The position numbers and the translations under genes are program-made. A stretch of DNA of 64,000 bases from Octopus sinensis (taxonomy: Eukaryota), in assembly GCF_006345805.1 (NCBI RefSeq), contig NC_043001.1, forward strand, positions 87,482,001 through 87,546,000, in the 5' to 3' direction. Below the pieces are notes generated by a model. The model did no database searches. It worked only from the letters and a program-made list of their open reading frames with translations, and was not told where the DNA came from. Below, one piece after another: positions 1 to 13,102 of the stretch. The number at the start of each line of letters is the position of its first letter. Within the stretch, counting starts at the first letter, position 1.

Positions 1-271
1 AAATTTAAGTAATACTAAGCAATAAAGGGTTTAGCAACGAATTGCCTTACCACATACCGAATTTAGAAATAGCAGTCAAAGAGTTATAGCTATTTCTTCT
101 ACTATATATATACAGAGAGAGAGAGAGAGAGAGGGGGGTGCAAAAGTAGGTATACAGTAAATACCACATCAATGTTATAATGCTGAATTCTTTGAAATTA
201 TTAGCACATTAAATTAGTTAGCCTCGTTTTCGATATTTTCAGTGTCATTAATCATAATAATATATTTATCA

Positions 272-666
272 CTAGCAGTATCGCCCGGCGTTGCTCGGGT
301 TTGTAAGGGAAATGACTATATAAGCATTTTTAGAGATGTAAAGTATAATAGCCATCTCAATATGGCTAACCACAAAGGGGGTGGGGTGTTACTGTAGCTT
401 TTTCGTTCTGAGATTTAATAATAAATTTTTAGAGAGTTACTTCCCTTATATATGCCAAAAATGCATTAAAAATGGGAAAAATTGCTGGTAAATTTTTTTT
501 TTAAATCGTAGACTCATCATAGACGCGCTCTAATATCCAGAGGGGCTCGATATGAATCACAACTATAAGATACCTGGTTTTGGTTAAACTGCACCGCAAA
601 ATGTGGGAGTAGTTAGGAATCTAAATCGTAGGAGACTGACAGCACACAACCTCACTTTTATATATA
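272..666 (-). mobile_element. Non-autonomous Helitron (family A)
   Basis: Minus-strand 3' end CCCGAGCAACGCCGGGCGATACTG-CTAG followed by T (ctag at 272-275). The body is homologous to 14879-15722 and 41640-42656. The 5' boundary is approximate. Confidence 0.8.
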
Positions 667-785
667 AAGGTAACTATAATAATACTTTTATGGTAACCTT
701 TTATTTTTTGATAAAAATAAACGTGTATGGTACATGTTTTCTTTTCTTATAACTGTATACCTACTTTTGCACCACCCTGTGCATA

Positions 786-835
<50 letters not shown>

Positions 836-1706
836 ATATAATGAAATTATTGTATACAGTGACCACAACTTTTCAAAAGTGCATATAAAGTATATGCAGT
901 AATGTACAAATGTCTGGGAAGCGAACAGTATATGAGTAAGATACATGCTTGCGTGTGTATGGAGGGGAGAAAATAAGGTGTAGTGTTGGCGGATCTCAGG
1001 AAGCATGGAAGTTTTGAAAGATGCAGTGCTCCGACAACTAACAACTGATGCCGGCAGTTTGTTCCATGCTTCACCAACTCTTAGTGTGAAAAAATGTTTC
1101 CGAAAGTCATGGGACTTTCAAGTATATATATATATATATATATATACTTGAAAGAGGGACTGAGAGAGAATGCTAATTTCAGTAGCATATAAACAAATTA
1201 ATAATAGATAAAGCTTGATCTCAGCAGGGAAGGATTTGAAATTAAAAAGTGTGATGTACAGAAGATGATAAAGTAATGTACTTAGTCTAATACCAGACTC
1301 TCATGGTCTTGATGTCTTGATTATGTTTAGAAAAAAAGTTATTTTAATACTATATCTATATATGATGTAATAAAAGTTATTTTGATATCACATTTTTCTA
1401 ATAAATATTTTGATACTGAGCCTCTGTACCTTTTATTTTTTCATCCTTTTTTTTTTCTGTTTCATGTATTGGACTGTGGAAATGTTCAGGTATTGCCTTT
1501 AAAGGATTAGTGGGACAAAACAACCCCAGTACTATTTTTTTTTTTAAAGTCTGGTACTTATTCTATCTGTCCCTTATGCTGAGCTGCTAACTTATGGGGA
1601 TGTAAACAAACTGACAAGCAGTGGAAGTGGGGGAAAATAACAAACACAAAGGCATATACACCTACCTATTTGCATATGTACGTACATGCATACCTACATA
1701 CATACA

Positions 1707-1742
<36 letters not shown>

Positions 1743-1784
1743 AATTAATATAAACAGCCAGGTGTAATGTGCATTTTACATATA

Positions 1785-3033
1785 CGAGGGGCGTTCAATA
1801 AGTAATGCCCCTGACCCACTTCCCATAGCAGTAGAGCAACGAAACTTGGCACAGTTATTAGTCTTTTTCTACATAGGAACCACCCAGAGTTACGCATTTC
1901 TCCCATCGTTTGATGCGGCTCTGGAGACCGTTTTTGTAGAAGAATCCAGCTTGGTCCTCCAACCTCAACGTGACTTCAGAAATCAAGGCTGCATCATCTG
2001 GGAACGCTTTCCTTCAAAAACAACTTCATGATTGGGAAGAGGTGAAAATCAGAGGGTGCAAGGTCAGGAAAGTAGGGGGGATGGGGAGGAGTTCATAGCC
2101 ATACGCCTGTGCTTCTATCTGGTGACAAGCGAGTTGGACGGACCGGAGCGTTGTCCTGCAGGAGGAGGATGCCTTTGCTGATCTTGCCCCGCCTCTTGAT
2201 TTTGATAACTTCTCTTAATTTCCTCAAAAGTGAAGCATAATAGGCTCCTGCAATTGTGGTACCCTTTGCCAGGAAATCTGTCATCACTACTCCGTCCTGG
2301 TCCCAGAAGACTGTGAGCATGACCTTGCCAGCAGAGGGCTGCACCCTTGCCTTCTTTGGAGGGGGTGAGTCACGGTGCTTCCACTGCATTGACTGGGCTT
2401 TGGTCTCTGGATCATCGTGATGGACCCAGGTTTCATCCTGTGTAATCAGTCTTTTGAAAAATTTTGACTCATCTTCTTGGTACATCTTCTGGAAAGGCGT
2501 GAGCAACCTGGGAATCCATCTGGCAGACACCTTTTGCATATGCAAATGGTCATGAATGATAGTTTCCACAGACCCGGTACTAATCTTGACCTCATGGGCT
2601 ATTTGGCGAATAATTATGCGTCAATCTTCCAAAATGGCAGCCTCAACTTGACGGACAGATGCCTCATCAATGGCAGAAGGGGGCGACCAGATCTGGGAGT
2701 GTTTCCACAGAGTTCCGACCATATTTGAATTCACGATGCCAGCGTTTTACAAGGTCATATGATGGGGCATCATCACCAAAGTTACTTTCATTTCATCAAA
2801 AGTCCCGTGGTGTGCGTCCTTTCAAATACAAAACCAGATCACTGCTCGACACTCAACAGGCTCCATTTCACACTTGACTCGGTCAAAAAACTGTAAATCA
2901 GAAACCACAATTAATTCAGAGCTGTCATTTGCCACTTACTCTATCTAGATATAAATGATTGCACGTGCAAAATTTCAGCTAGATCAAACAAAATGCAAGT
3001 GGGTTAGAGGCATTACTTATTGAACGTCCCTCG
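1785..3033 (-). mobile_element. Near full-length mariner transposon (irritans-like TIR)
   Basis: 33-bp TIRs, CGAGGGGCGTTCAATAAGTAATGCCCCTGACCC versus CGAGGGACGTTCAATAAGTAATGCCTCTAACCC (3 mismatches). TA on both sides (1783-84, 3034-35); length 1249 bp. Confidence 0.95.
1858..2866 (-). pseudogene. Mariner transposase, frameshifted
   Basis: ATG at 2866 (MEPVECRAVI...). Motifs WIPRLL, ITQDETWVHH, LLQDNAP and DLAPSDFHLFP are spread over several frames; stop at 1858-1860. Confidence 0.9.
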
Positions 3034-3085
3034 TAACCTGGAACCATGTGGTTGGGAAGCAAACTTCTTACCACACAGTCGCTCA

Positions 3086-3134
3086 TACATATGTAAATGT
3101 GTGTATTAGATATATATACATATATATATACATA

Positions 3135-3185
<51 letters not shown>

Positions 3186-3491
3186 TATATATTACATATA
3201 TATATATATATAACATAATATATAATATATACACATATATATATATACATATATATATTATATACCTATATATATATATATATATACATATATATAATAT
3301 ATACATATATATATATATATATACATATATATAATAATATATATATTATATATATATATTATATATACATATATATATACACATATATATATATATATAT
3401 ATAACATATATAATACATATATATATATAACATATATATATATAATACATATATAATATATAATTTATATATATATATACATATATATCAT

Positions 3492-3523
<32 letters not shown>

Positions 3524-3643
3524 CAATATATATATATATATCTACTAATATAATATATACATACTATATAATATACATATATATATATATACATATATAT
3601 ATACATATTATATATATACATATATATAACATATATATATATG

Positions 3644-3676
<33 letters not shown>

Positions 3677-3721
3677 CACTATATATATATATATACAATA
3701 TCTATATATATATATACAATA

Positions 3722-3783
<62 letters not shown>

Positions 3784-3865
3784 CATAATATTATATACAT
3801 AATTATATATATATACATATTATAGATATATATATATATATACATATATATATTATATATACATC

Positions 3866-3896
<31 letters not shown>

Positions 3897-3970
3897 TATA
3901 TAATTACATATATTATATATATATCTACACATATTATATATATACATATACATATAATATATATATATAC

Positions 3971-4039
<69 letters not shown>

Positions 4040-4101
4040 ATAACATATACTATATATATATCATAATATATATAATATATCATACATATATAATATATAG
4101 A

Positions 4102-4136
<35 letters not shown>

Positions 4137-4405
4137 ATATATATATATATATATAGATTATATACTATATATATATATATATACATATACTATATACTAT
4201 ATATAGTATATATATACTATATATATTATATATACTAATATATATATATAACTATAATATATTATATATATAACATATATATATATATATATATCTATAT
4301 ATATATACATATATATATATAATATATATATATATTATACATATATATATATAACATACATATATACATATATATATAATATATAATATATATATCTATT
4401 AAATA
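3086..4405. repeat. Degenerate (TA)n/(TACA)n array
   Basis: About 1.3 kb of almost pure AT dinucleotide sequence. Similar arrays at about 4557-4990, 7413-7855, 32770-32960 and 34625-35225; these generate the YI/IY ORFs. Confidence 0.95.
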
Positions 4406-4554
4406 AATATAAGAGAGTGGTCACATATGGCTCACTATAGCATACAGTAATACAAAAGGTTTCAACCACCAAAAATACAGGTTTTCCATGAAAGTCAGTA
4501 CGATGTTGAATAGATATACTATTAAATTAGTATCTAATCTCTCACCCTTATTAA

Positions 4555-4614
<60 letters not shown>

Positions 4615-4732
4615 CATATACATATATATATATATATATACATATATAATATATATATATATATATATAATACATAATATATAATTAATATACATATATA
4701 TATCATATATATAACAATAGATATATATATAT

Positions 4733-4775
<43 letters not shown>

Positions 4776-4933
4776 TATTATATATAATACATATATATCT
4801 ATATATATATATATATAACATATATATATATATATACCACATATATATATATATATATATATACAGATATATAATATATATATCATTATACATATATATA
4901 TATATATATACATATATATATAATATATATAAC

Positions 4934-4974
<41 letters not shown>

Positions 4975-5029
4975 CATATATATAATATATCTAGTGTTTA
5001 GTAACCACACTAACACGTATACATAACTT

Positions 5030-7405
5030 ACAGTGGAAAAAAAACCCTTCTTTCAGACCATGACATGGTTCTCTGTAACATGAAAATTCACCAGCCGAAG
5101 CATCCTAGTACTGACCTTCCTCCAGCCCACCCATTTGACAACATGGATCTCCATAAAGCCAACTGGGATGCAATCAGGAACGAGCTAGCTATCAAATGTT
5201 GACTGGTCCTTTACACATACACACATCTCCACCAACCATAAAACATCTTGACAGATCTTTGTAGACACCGTCACAGACATATGTGCCAAAACACTCCCCA
5301 CAAGACCTGTGAACAAAAAGTGCAGAATCCCCCAAAACAGAAAAAACCATTATCAGAAAAATAAAAAGAACAAACAAAAAAATTAACAAACTAAAGTACT
5401 GCCAACAGCAAACACACCATTCGACGGCTATCGCACTGCCTTGAATCCAAAAAATATAACTCCAACAATGCATGAAGACCCTCATCAATAACCAAAGATC
5501 AGCTGAGGAGAAGGGGGCATTGAAAAAATCAAACTCAACCCCAAAAGGTTCTTTTCATTTGCGAGGAGGAACCAGGGTCACTGTCTCCACTGTAGGCCCT
5601 CTAATTGACGAAACGGCACTCTCCAAGATAATGCCAAATCCATGGCCAAGATACTGCAGAAAACAATACTGCTCTGTTTTCAGCAATCCTGATATGGCCG
5701 ATCTGGGCTGTTATCAGTGATGTCAAACCCCAACACACTATATCGGACATAACGTTTAGTGCCCCTGATGTCTTCTTAGCGGCGATTTAAACGAAATAAA
5801 ACACAATTCAGCAGTAGGCACCCGATAGGTTCCCTGCGTGTGCCTGAAGGGTGTCGACACCAACTTGATCTCCCCTTGCTAATCTGTGGAGAAAACTCAC
5901 TGGATGCTCCGGCTAATATCCAAAAAACCTTCTGTCCCAGTCTGCGTTGTCCCAGTTTTCAAAAAGGGAAACAAGTCCCTTGCAGTGAATTACCGTCCGA
6001 TCTCACTCACCTCTCATATCATCAAGGTATTTGAGAGGGTGGTGAGTCTCGAATACCCAATTTCTGGAAAGCAACAGACGGCTGATCTCCAACAAATGGG
6101 TTCCGTAATGGAAGGGACTGCCTAACGCAGCTCCTGCATCCTTGGAGGACATTTTGAGAGCTTTGGCGAGGGCTCACAACCGATGTCATCTACATTGATT
6201 TCAGTAAGGCCTTCGACAGGGTCGATCACAAGATCCTATTGAAAAAACTATCCAACATGGTGTCTCTGGAAAGTTACTGAAATGGATTAAGTGTTTCCTG
6301 ACAGACAGATCTCAACATGTTGTAGTTGAAGGGGTAAAATCAAGCCCAGCCAAAGTCAGTAGTGGCGTTCCGCAGGCACTGTGCTGGGCCCCACTTTTTT
6401 CATCATTTACATTAATGACATTAATGAACATCATCAAGCACAGCAACATAAAAATCTTTGCAGATGACTCCAGCTACAGAAGGTCATAAATGAGGCGAAG
6501 TGACCGGACATGCCTTCAGTCAGATCTACTGGCTGTTATCCAATGGGCAGAAAAAAACAATATGCTGCTGAACGAGGATAAATTTGAGCTAATCCACTTG
6601 GAGAAAAGAGGTGCCCTGAAACTCCCATACTCCTTCCTTCAGGTGAAACTCTAGCGGGGCCGTTCCAACAACATCAGAGAACTTGGGAGTAATTTGGACA
6701 ACAACGTAAGCTGGGCCATCATATAAAACACCAAAGTTGACATGGCCCGCAGAATGTGTTCCTGGATTCTCAGAAACTTTCAGTCGAGAGATATCCACAC
6801 CATTATCCTTCTCTTCCACTTTTGCCGACCCCACCTTGAATACTGTGGTCCACTGTGGTCTCCCACACAATACAAGGTATCATAAAAGTTGAAGCACCTC
6901 AAAGGGCAATCATCAAAAAAGATAGATGGCATGACAGGCCTAGACTATTGGGGTCGGCTAGAAAAGCTAAAACTCTATTCTTCCAAAGTCGTCGTGAGCG
7001 CTACATCATCTGCATGATGTGGAAAATATTCATCAGCATTGCCCAAATGATGTTGGCATCACCTGTAAGGTACATCCAAGGCTTGGGCCCCGTGCCATCC
7101 GCCCAACCAAAACAAAATCGCACACTCTCATCTCATAACACAATACGGCACAATTACTCTCACCTCAATGGCCCCGCTCTCTTTAACATTACACCAAAAC
7201 ACATTAAACAGAAACTGACCCTAAGGGCTCAAGAAGTCTTTGACGATTCCTTCAAGAAATCCCGAGATAAACCCCCTACACCGGATATGTCTCTGTAAAC
7301 AATAACTCTCTACTTGAGTGGGCCATAGTGCCCAAATTCTGACTTGAAAGCTTCACAGGTGGTGCTTTAAGTTAGACATGCCTGGGCCAATAATGGCGAA
7401 CCTAT
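5030..7405 (+). mobile_element. 5'-truncated CR1-like LINE, heavily frameshifted
   Basis: RT-region fragments (NYRPISLTSHIIKVFERVV, IYIDFSKAFDRVDH, SGVPQG, IFADD, YCGPLWSP-like, YSLQSRRERY-like) in shifting frames, followed by a 3' UTR. Boundaries approximate. Confidence 0.85.
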
Positions 7406-7418
7406 CAAAGTATCAAAG

Positions 7419-7457
<39 letters not shown>

Positions 7458-7678
7458 TACATATATAGATATATATACATATATATCTATATAGACATAT
7501 ATATATATATATACAATATATATATATATACAGTATATTATATTACATATATATATATATATATACATATAATATATATACAATATATTATATATACATA
7601 TATAATATATATATATACCATATATATATATATAACTATATATATATATATCTAGATACATATATTATATATATAGAC

Positions 7679-7753
<75 letters not shown>

Positions 7754-7782
7754 CATATATTAATACATATATAATATATATA

Positions 7783-7821
<39 letters not shown>

Positions 7822-7822
7822 T

Positions 7823-7854
<32 letters not shown>

Positions 7855-7861
7855 GTGGTGT

Positions 7862-9621
7862 GACATAAGGGTTCTACACTACAGGAAAGCCACTAAGTGG
7901 TTTTCCATCACGCGAGAATGGGAGTTAAATCCCAAAACCACGAAAATAAAAAGCTATTCTATACACATATATAATATAATAATATTTGCAGTCTATGACA
8001 TTTTTACTCATGCTGGCCACTGGTAAAAAATTTATATTTAATTTTTCCTATATATTTCCAATATATTTTTATACATACATACATAATACATACACTACAT
8101 TTATGCTACACACATATATACATATGTATATATACTGTTTTCTCTCTCATAGAATAAATATACAACCCAAGACATTTTTAAGGAACAATGTATGATATTC
8201 AGATACAGTTCCTGATATTAAAAAGATGAGAGAGAAACACCCTACTGGGTGGATGCAACATTTGTCTATCACAAGTAACTCTAAGTTATGGGGATGTAAA
8301 CTACCCAGCATCGGTTGTCAAGTGATAGTGGGGGGGACAAACAGACACACAAAATACACATACAATAATACATACATACATACATACAAACATACAATGG
8401 CCCTTCTTTCAGTTTCTGTCTACCAAATCCACTCACAAGGCTTTGGTTGGTCTACGGCTATGGTAGAAGACACTTGCTTAAGGTGCCTGCAATGGGACTT
8501 TACGAGGGGGTTCAATAAGTAATGCCCCTGACCCATTTCCCATAGCAGTAGCGAGCAACGAAACTTGGCACAGTTATTAGTCTTTTTCTACATAGGAACC
8601 CCCCCCAGAGTTACGCATTTCTCCCATCATTTGATGCGGCTCTGGAGACCGTTTTTGTAGAAGAATCCAGCTTGGTCCTCCACCTCAACGTNNNNNNNNN
8701 NNNNNNNNNNNNNNNNNNNNNNNNNNNNNNNNNNNNNNNNNNNNNNNNNNNNNNNNNNNNNNNNNNNNNNNNNNNNNNNNNNNNNNNNNNNGTACATAAG
8801 GGTTCTACACTACAGGAAAGCCACTAAGTGGTTTTCCATCACGCTAGAATTGGGAGTTAAATCCCAAACCACGAAAAAGCTATTCTTATACACATATATA
8901 ATATAATAATATTTGCAGTCTATGGACATTTTTACTCATGCTGGCCACTGGTAAAAAATTTATATTTAATTTTTCCTATATATTTCCAATATATTTTTAT
9001 ACATACATACATAATTACATACATACATTTATGCATACACACATATATACATATGTATATATACTGTTTTCTCTCTCATAGAATAAATATACAACCCAAG
9101 ACATTTTTAAGGAACAATGTATTGATATTCAGATACAGTTCCCTGATATTAAAAAGATGAGAGATAAACACCCTACTGGGGTGGATGCAACATTTGTCTA
9201 TCACAAGTAACTGCTAAGTTATGGGGATGTAAACATACCAGCATCGGTTGTCAAGTGATAGTGGGGGGGACAAACAGACACACAAATACATACATACAAT
9301 AATACATACATACATACATACAAACATACAATGGCCTTCTTTCAGTTTCTGTCTACCAAATCCACTCACAAGGCTTTGGTTGGTCTAAGGCTATGGTAGA
9401 AGACACTTGCTTAAGGTGCCATGCAATGGGACTTACGAGGGGCGTTCAATAAGTAATGCCCCTGACCCATTTCCCATAGCAGTAGAGCAACGAAACTTGG
9501 CACAGTTATTAGTCTTTTTCTACATAGGAACCACCCAGAGTTACGCATTTCTCCCATCATTTGATGCGGCTCTGGAGACCGTTTTTGTAGAAGAACCCAG
9601 CTTGGTCCTCCAACCTCAACG
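7862..9621. other. Assembly gap (100 N, 8692-8791) with duplicated contig ends
   Basis: 7862-8691 recurs almost identically at 8792-9621; the differences are mostly 1-nt indels. Confidence 0.85.
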
Positions 9622-9713
9622 TGACTTCAGAAATCAAGGCTGCATCATCTGGGAAACGCTTTCCTTTCAAAAACAACTTCATGATTGGGAAGAGGTGAAA
9701 ATCAGAGGGTGCA
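9436..9713 (-). mobile_element. Truncated copy of the 1785-3033 mariner inserted in a SINE (duplicate at 8503-8691)
   Basis: Same left TIR preceded by SINE sequence GGGACT-TA; encodes the transposase C-terminus and breaks off into (TA)n. Confidence 0.9.
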
Positions 9714-9758
9714 TATATATAATCAGAGGGTATATATATATACACACACACATACACA

Positions 9759-9960
9759 TGAGGTGAATTCAAAAAGGATCTGATTTTATTATCTCACTAC
9801 CAAAGCTAATGCTGCATGGGCAAAATCCCTTGGGTGGGGTGGGGGTGGCACCAGCCCTTGTTTGCATGTATGAACATTTTCACACTGCTATGGTGTGTCA
9901 GTTCCTGGCATTAGTTTTGGCAGGAAAAAGTAAAACTGGATACTTTTTGAATGCACCTTG
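9759..9960. mobile_element. About 200-bp mariner-type MITE
   Basis: Imperfect terminal inverted repeats TGAGGTGAATTCAAAAAGGATC and GATACTTTTTGAATGCACCTTG; no ORF. Confidence 0.6.
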
Positions 9961-9984
9961 TGTGTGTATGTACATACATACATG

Positions 9985-10032
<48 letters not shown>

Positions 10033-10126
10033 ATCCAAACATGAAAACACAAAGAGAAAACAACGCGAGGACATGGAACAAGTATAGTGTTACTGGATGC
10101 TCAGGAAAGGAAAGAAAGAAGGAGGA

Positions 10127-10159
10127 TTTAATGTTTCGAGCAGAGCTCTTCGTCAGAAA
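10127..10159 (-). ncRNA. Degenerate minimal hammerhead ribozyme in a short repeat (about 10024-10225)
   Basis: Minus strand TTT-CTGACGA-A-GAG-CTCTG-CTC-GAAA-CAT-T-AAA. Stem III is mutated (ACGT expected). A homologous copy at 34896-34928 has CCGACGA. Confidence 0.55.
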
Positions 10160-12103
10160 CATAAGAAAAGGAAAGACGGAGGAAAAAAATCGCCAATGAT
10201 ACACACACGGTCACACACACATCTCACTGTATCAACCAGACTATCAGATGTTGCTATAATCTGCTGATTACAATATGTTTCTTCCGTTTCAGTCTACCAA
10301 ATTCACTCACAAGGCATTGGTCAGGTCAGGGATATAATAGAAGGCACTTGCCCAAAGTGCTGTACTGTGGTATTGAGCCTGAAACCATGTGGTTTCAACG
10401 CAAGCTTCTTAACTACACAGCCTTGCCTGTGCCTATCACCAGTGTATTAGATAATTCTGTTTTTTCTTTAACAACTATCTTCTTGCTTTAGCATTGTGGT
10501 GATAATGGGAGGACAGCAGCAATATCTGTCATCTGTAACTCACATGGTACAGACAATGCTGGTCAAGTAAAGATGCTCTGAATTAATGTATTTAGCTGTG
10601 CTTTCTCAGCTTTTTATTAAGATGTGACTGCCCTTAAAATAAAGTATTTCAAATATTGTTGGATTCCATTATAAAACATGAAATACTCTGCACAGAAACT
10701 GTATCATTGATTGGTAGTGTGTTGATCTTTTAGAAGATAAGGAGAGAGTTTGATTACTACACTCTGCATATCAAGTGACTATAGAGAACTTTATATGCTT
10801 GTTTATTATGATCATGATCATTATCATTATGATCATCATGATCATCATTACCATTATTAATCTATTAATCTTACACTTTTCCATGCTTGCATGAGTCAGA
10901 CAGAAGACATAGAGGCACAATTTTCTACAGTTTGATGTCCTTCCTGTTGCTACCCCTCGCTTGTCTTCAAGCAAGGTAATATTTCCCCATGGTTGGACAT
11001 GTTTTCATGGAAGAGTGGTAATGAAGGATAGCACTTGCATGATGGTGATGTTTGCTTTTGACTATTGTGTGATGTCTAGATAAGGAGACACAAACACTTA
11101 TTTACACATACACCAATGCTCACACACACCACACACACAGCAGGCTTTGTTCAGTTTTCATCTGCCAAATCTATATGTATGCATGTATGTATCTATGCAT
11201 GTATGCATGCATATATTGTATATACGTATGAAAATTTAATGTATCTTGATTGATCTTTAGGTTTGTAGAAAAGTTTATGGGTATCTATATCCAGATCTAC
11301 AGCAGCATCTAAGAAGTTAGCCTTGGTAAAATTAATGACATACAAACGCACAGAAATACAGACAAACAAATACAAGATAACTCAGAATCACAGTAACCTA
11401 AAAGCATAGACACACAGATGAAACACACAGAATTACAGTCAAACAGACACACAAATACACAAACACTCAGATACAATCACCAGAAAGCCAAGTAATACAG
11501 AGACAAAAAACATAAATATGCAAGACACAAACAGAAGTAAGGTTTATAGTGAAATATAGGCCACCCAAAAGTTAAAAGAATTTCAAAACTGAAAGACATC
11601 ATGAAAGAATGAATCCACTTGGACCGAAGGTGGATGTTGAACCTCGTGTCTCGGTGGTGAATTATGTGTACAAAAAGGATTAAGATGAAGTGGTAAGTCA
11701 TGATTTATTTTAAAGACTGTGAAAGACTGAGAAAAACATTTGATTAAACTTTTTGTTTAAAAAAAAAGAAAACGAAAATAAGTAAATCCTGTAACTATTG
11801 AATGAACTTTTGTTTAAAAAGTTTTCTTTAAAATTGTAAGATGAAAAGGAAAAGGGAACTTGTGGTTTTGCTTTGGAACGGGGCTGGAAAGTGTTATTTA
11901 AAATGTAAAGTTTTAAAGGAAGAAGGAAATCTTGGTTTCATCTTGGAGAAGGAGCGAGATGGACGTCTCATTTTCATTGTAATTTAATTCACATTACATT
12001 CATCCTTTCATATGTTTTTTGTTCCTGCATATCTGTGTATGTCCCCTATGTGTTTAGGCCTTGTGTCTGTAATAAAGAATTCAGCTATCAAGCCATGCTA
12101 CTC

Positions 12104-12142
12104 CAGACTGATGATGAGCAATGACTCTGAAACTAGTCTCTG
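12104..12142 (+). ncRNA. Minimal type-I hammerhead ribozyme
   Basis: CAGA-CTGATGA-T-GAG-CAATGA-CTC-T-GAAA-CTAG-TC-TCTG: stem I CAGA/TCTG, palindromic ACTAGT stem III, GUC triplet. Stem I extends through AGCCA/TGGCT. Confidence 0.75.
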
Positions 12143-12334
12143 AATGCTGGCTTTACTGGGTAGAGGTGCTTATCTTCCCTTTGAAAACATAAGGACAACT
12201 AGAAATGGTGTTTCCTAGGGCTAAATAGCAGTAGCATTCTTCCCTTTCATGGGACTGCCACAAAAAAATAATAATGTTTTTGTTAATTACTAAGGGCTCA
12301 CAAAAAACATTGGGGACAAAAATAATTAATTAAT

Positions 12335-12790
12335 AATGGTTTCAAATTTTAGCACAAGGCCAGCAATTTCAATAGTTAATTCAACTGTTACTTATTTTAT
12401 CAATCCCAAAAGGATGACAGACAAGAAAAAGTCAACCTCGGTGACATTTCAACTCAGAATGTAAAGATGGATGAAATGCCATTAAGACACTAAAGCCAAT
12501 GTAATCAACTTGCCCCTCCCCCAAAATTACTGGCCTTGTGCCCAAATTTGAAACCATTATTATCATTATGAAAACAAGGATGTGGTAGAATTGTTAGCAT
12601 GCTGGATAAAATGCTTAGCAGCATTTATTCCAGTTTTACATTCTGAGTTCAAATACTCTGCTGTCAGTTTTATCTTTCATCCTTTTGGAGTCAATAAAAT
12701 AAGTAACAATTGAGCAGTGAGTTTGGTGTAATCAACTTGCCTTTTCCCCAACAATTTTGGACCTGTACCAATTGCAGAAAGAATTATTAT
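12335..12790. mobile_element. Cluster of tRNA-head SINE fragments (family 2)
   Basis: Repeated motifs aaattttggcacaaggccagcaattt and gagttcaaat (B-box-like) in both orientations; homologous to 51415-52435. Confidence 0.65.
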
Positions 12791-13032
12791 CATTATTAAA
12801 TAAATGAATATGTTCACCATATCTCTCTCACCTTTGCCTTGTTATTTTGAGATAGCATAGGGAAGCAAATAAGTTTTCCAAATAAACTTCATTCTAAAAC
12901 TAAATAATTGTTTTTAAGACCATTTTCTCCTTATTTTCCTCCTAAAATAGTTATTCAGATGTAGCATAATAAAAAGAGTAAATATGCTGATTCTCAAATA
13001 AACTCTGATTTAAATAACTGTTTTCTCTTGCT

Positions 13033-13102
<70 letters not shown>

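Noticed and set aside
2979-5016. Many ORFs rich in Y/I/M/C (also near 7413-7850, 32653-33096, 34471-35792)
   Set aside because: Translations of (TA)n/(TACA)n microsatellites; not genes.
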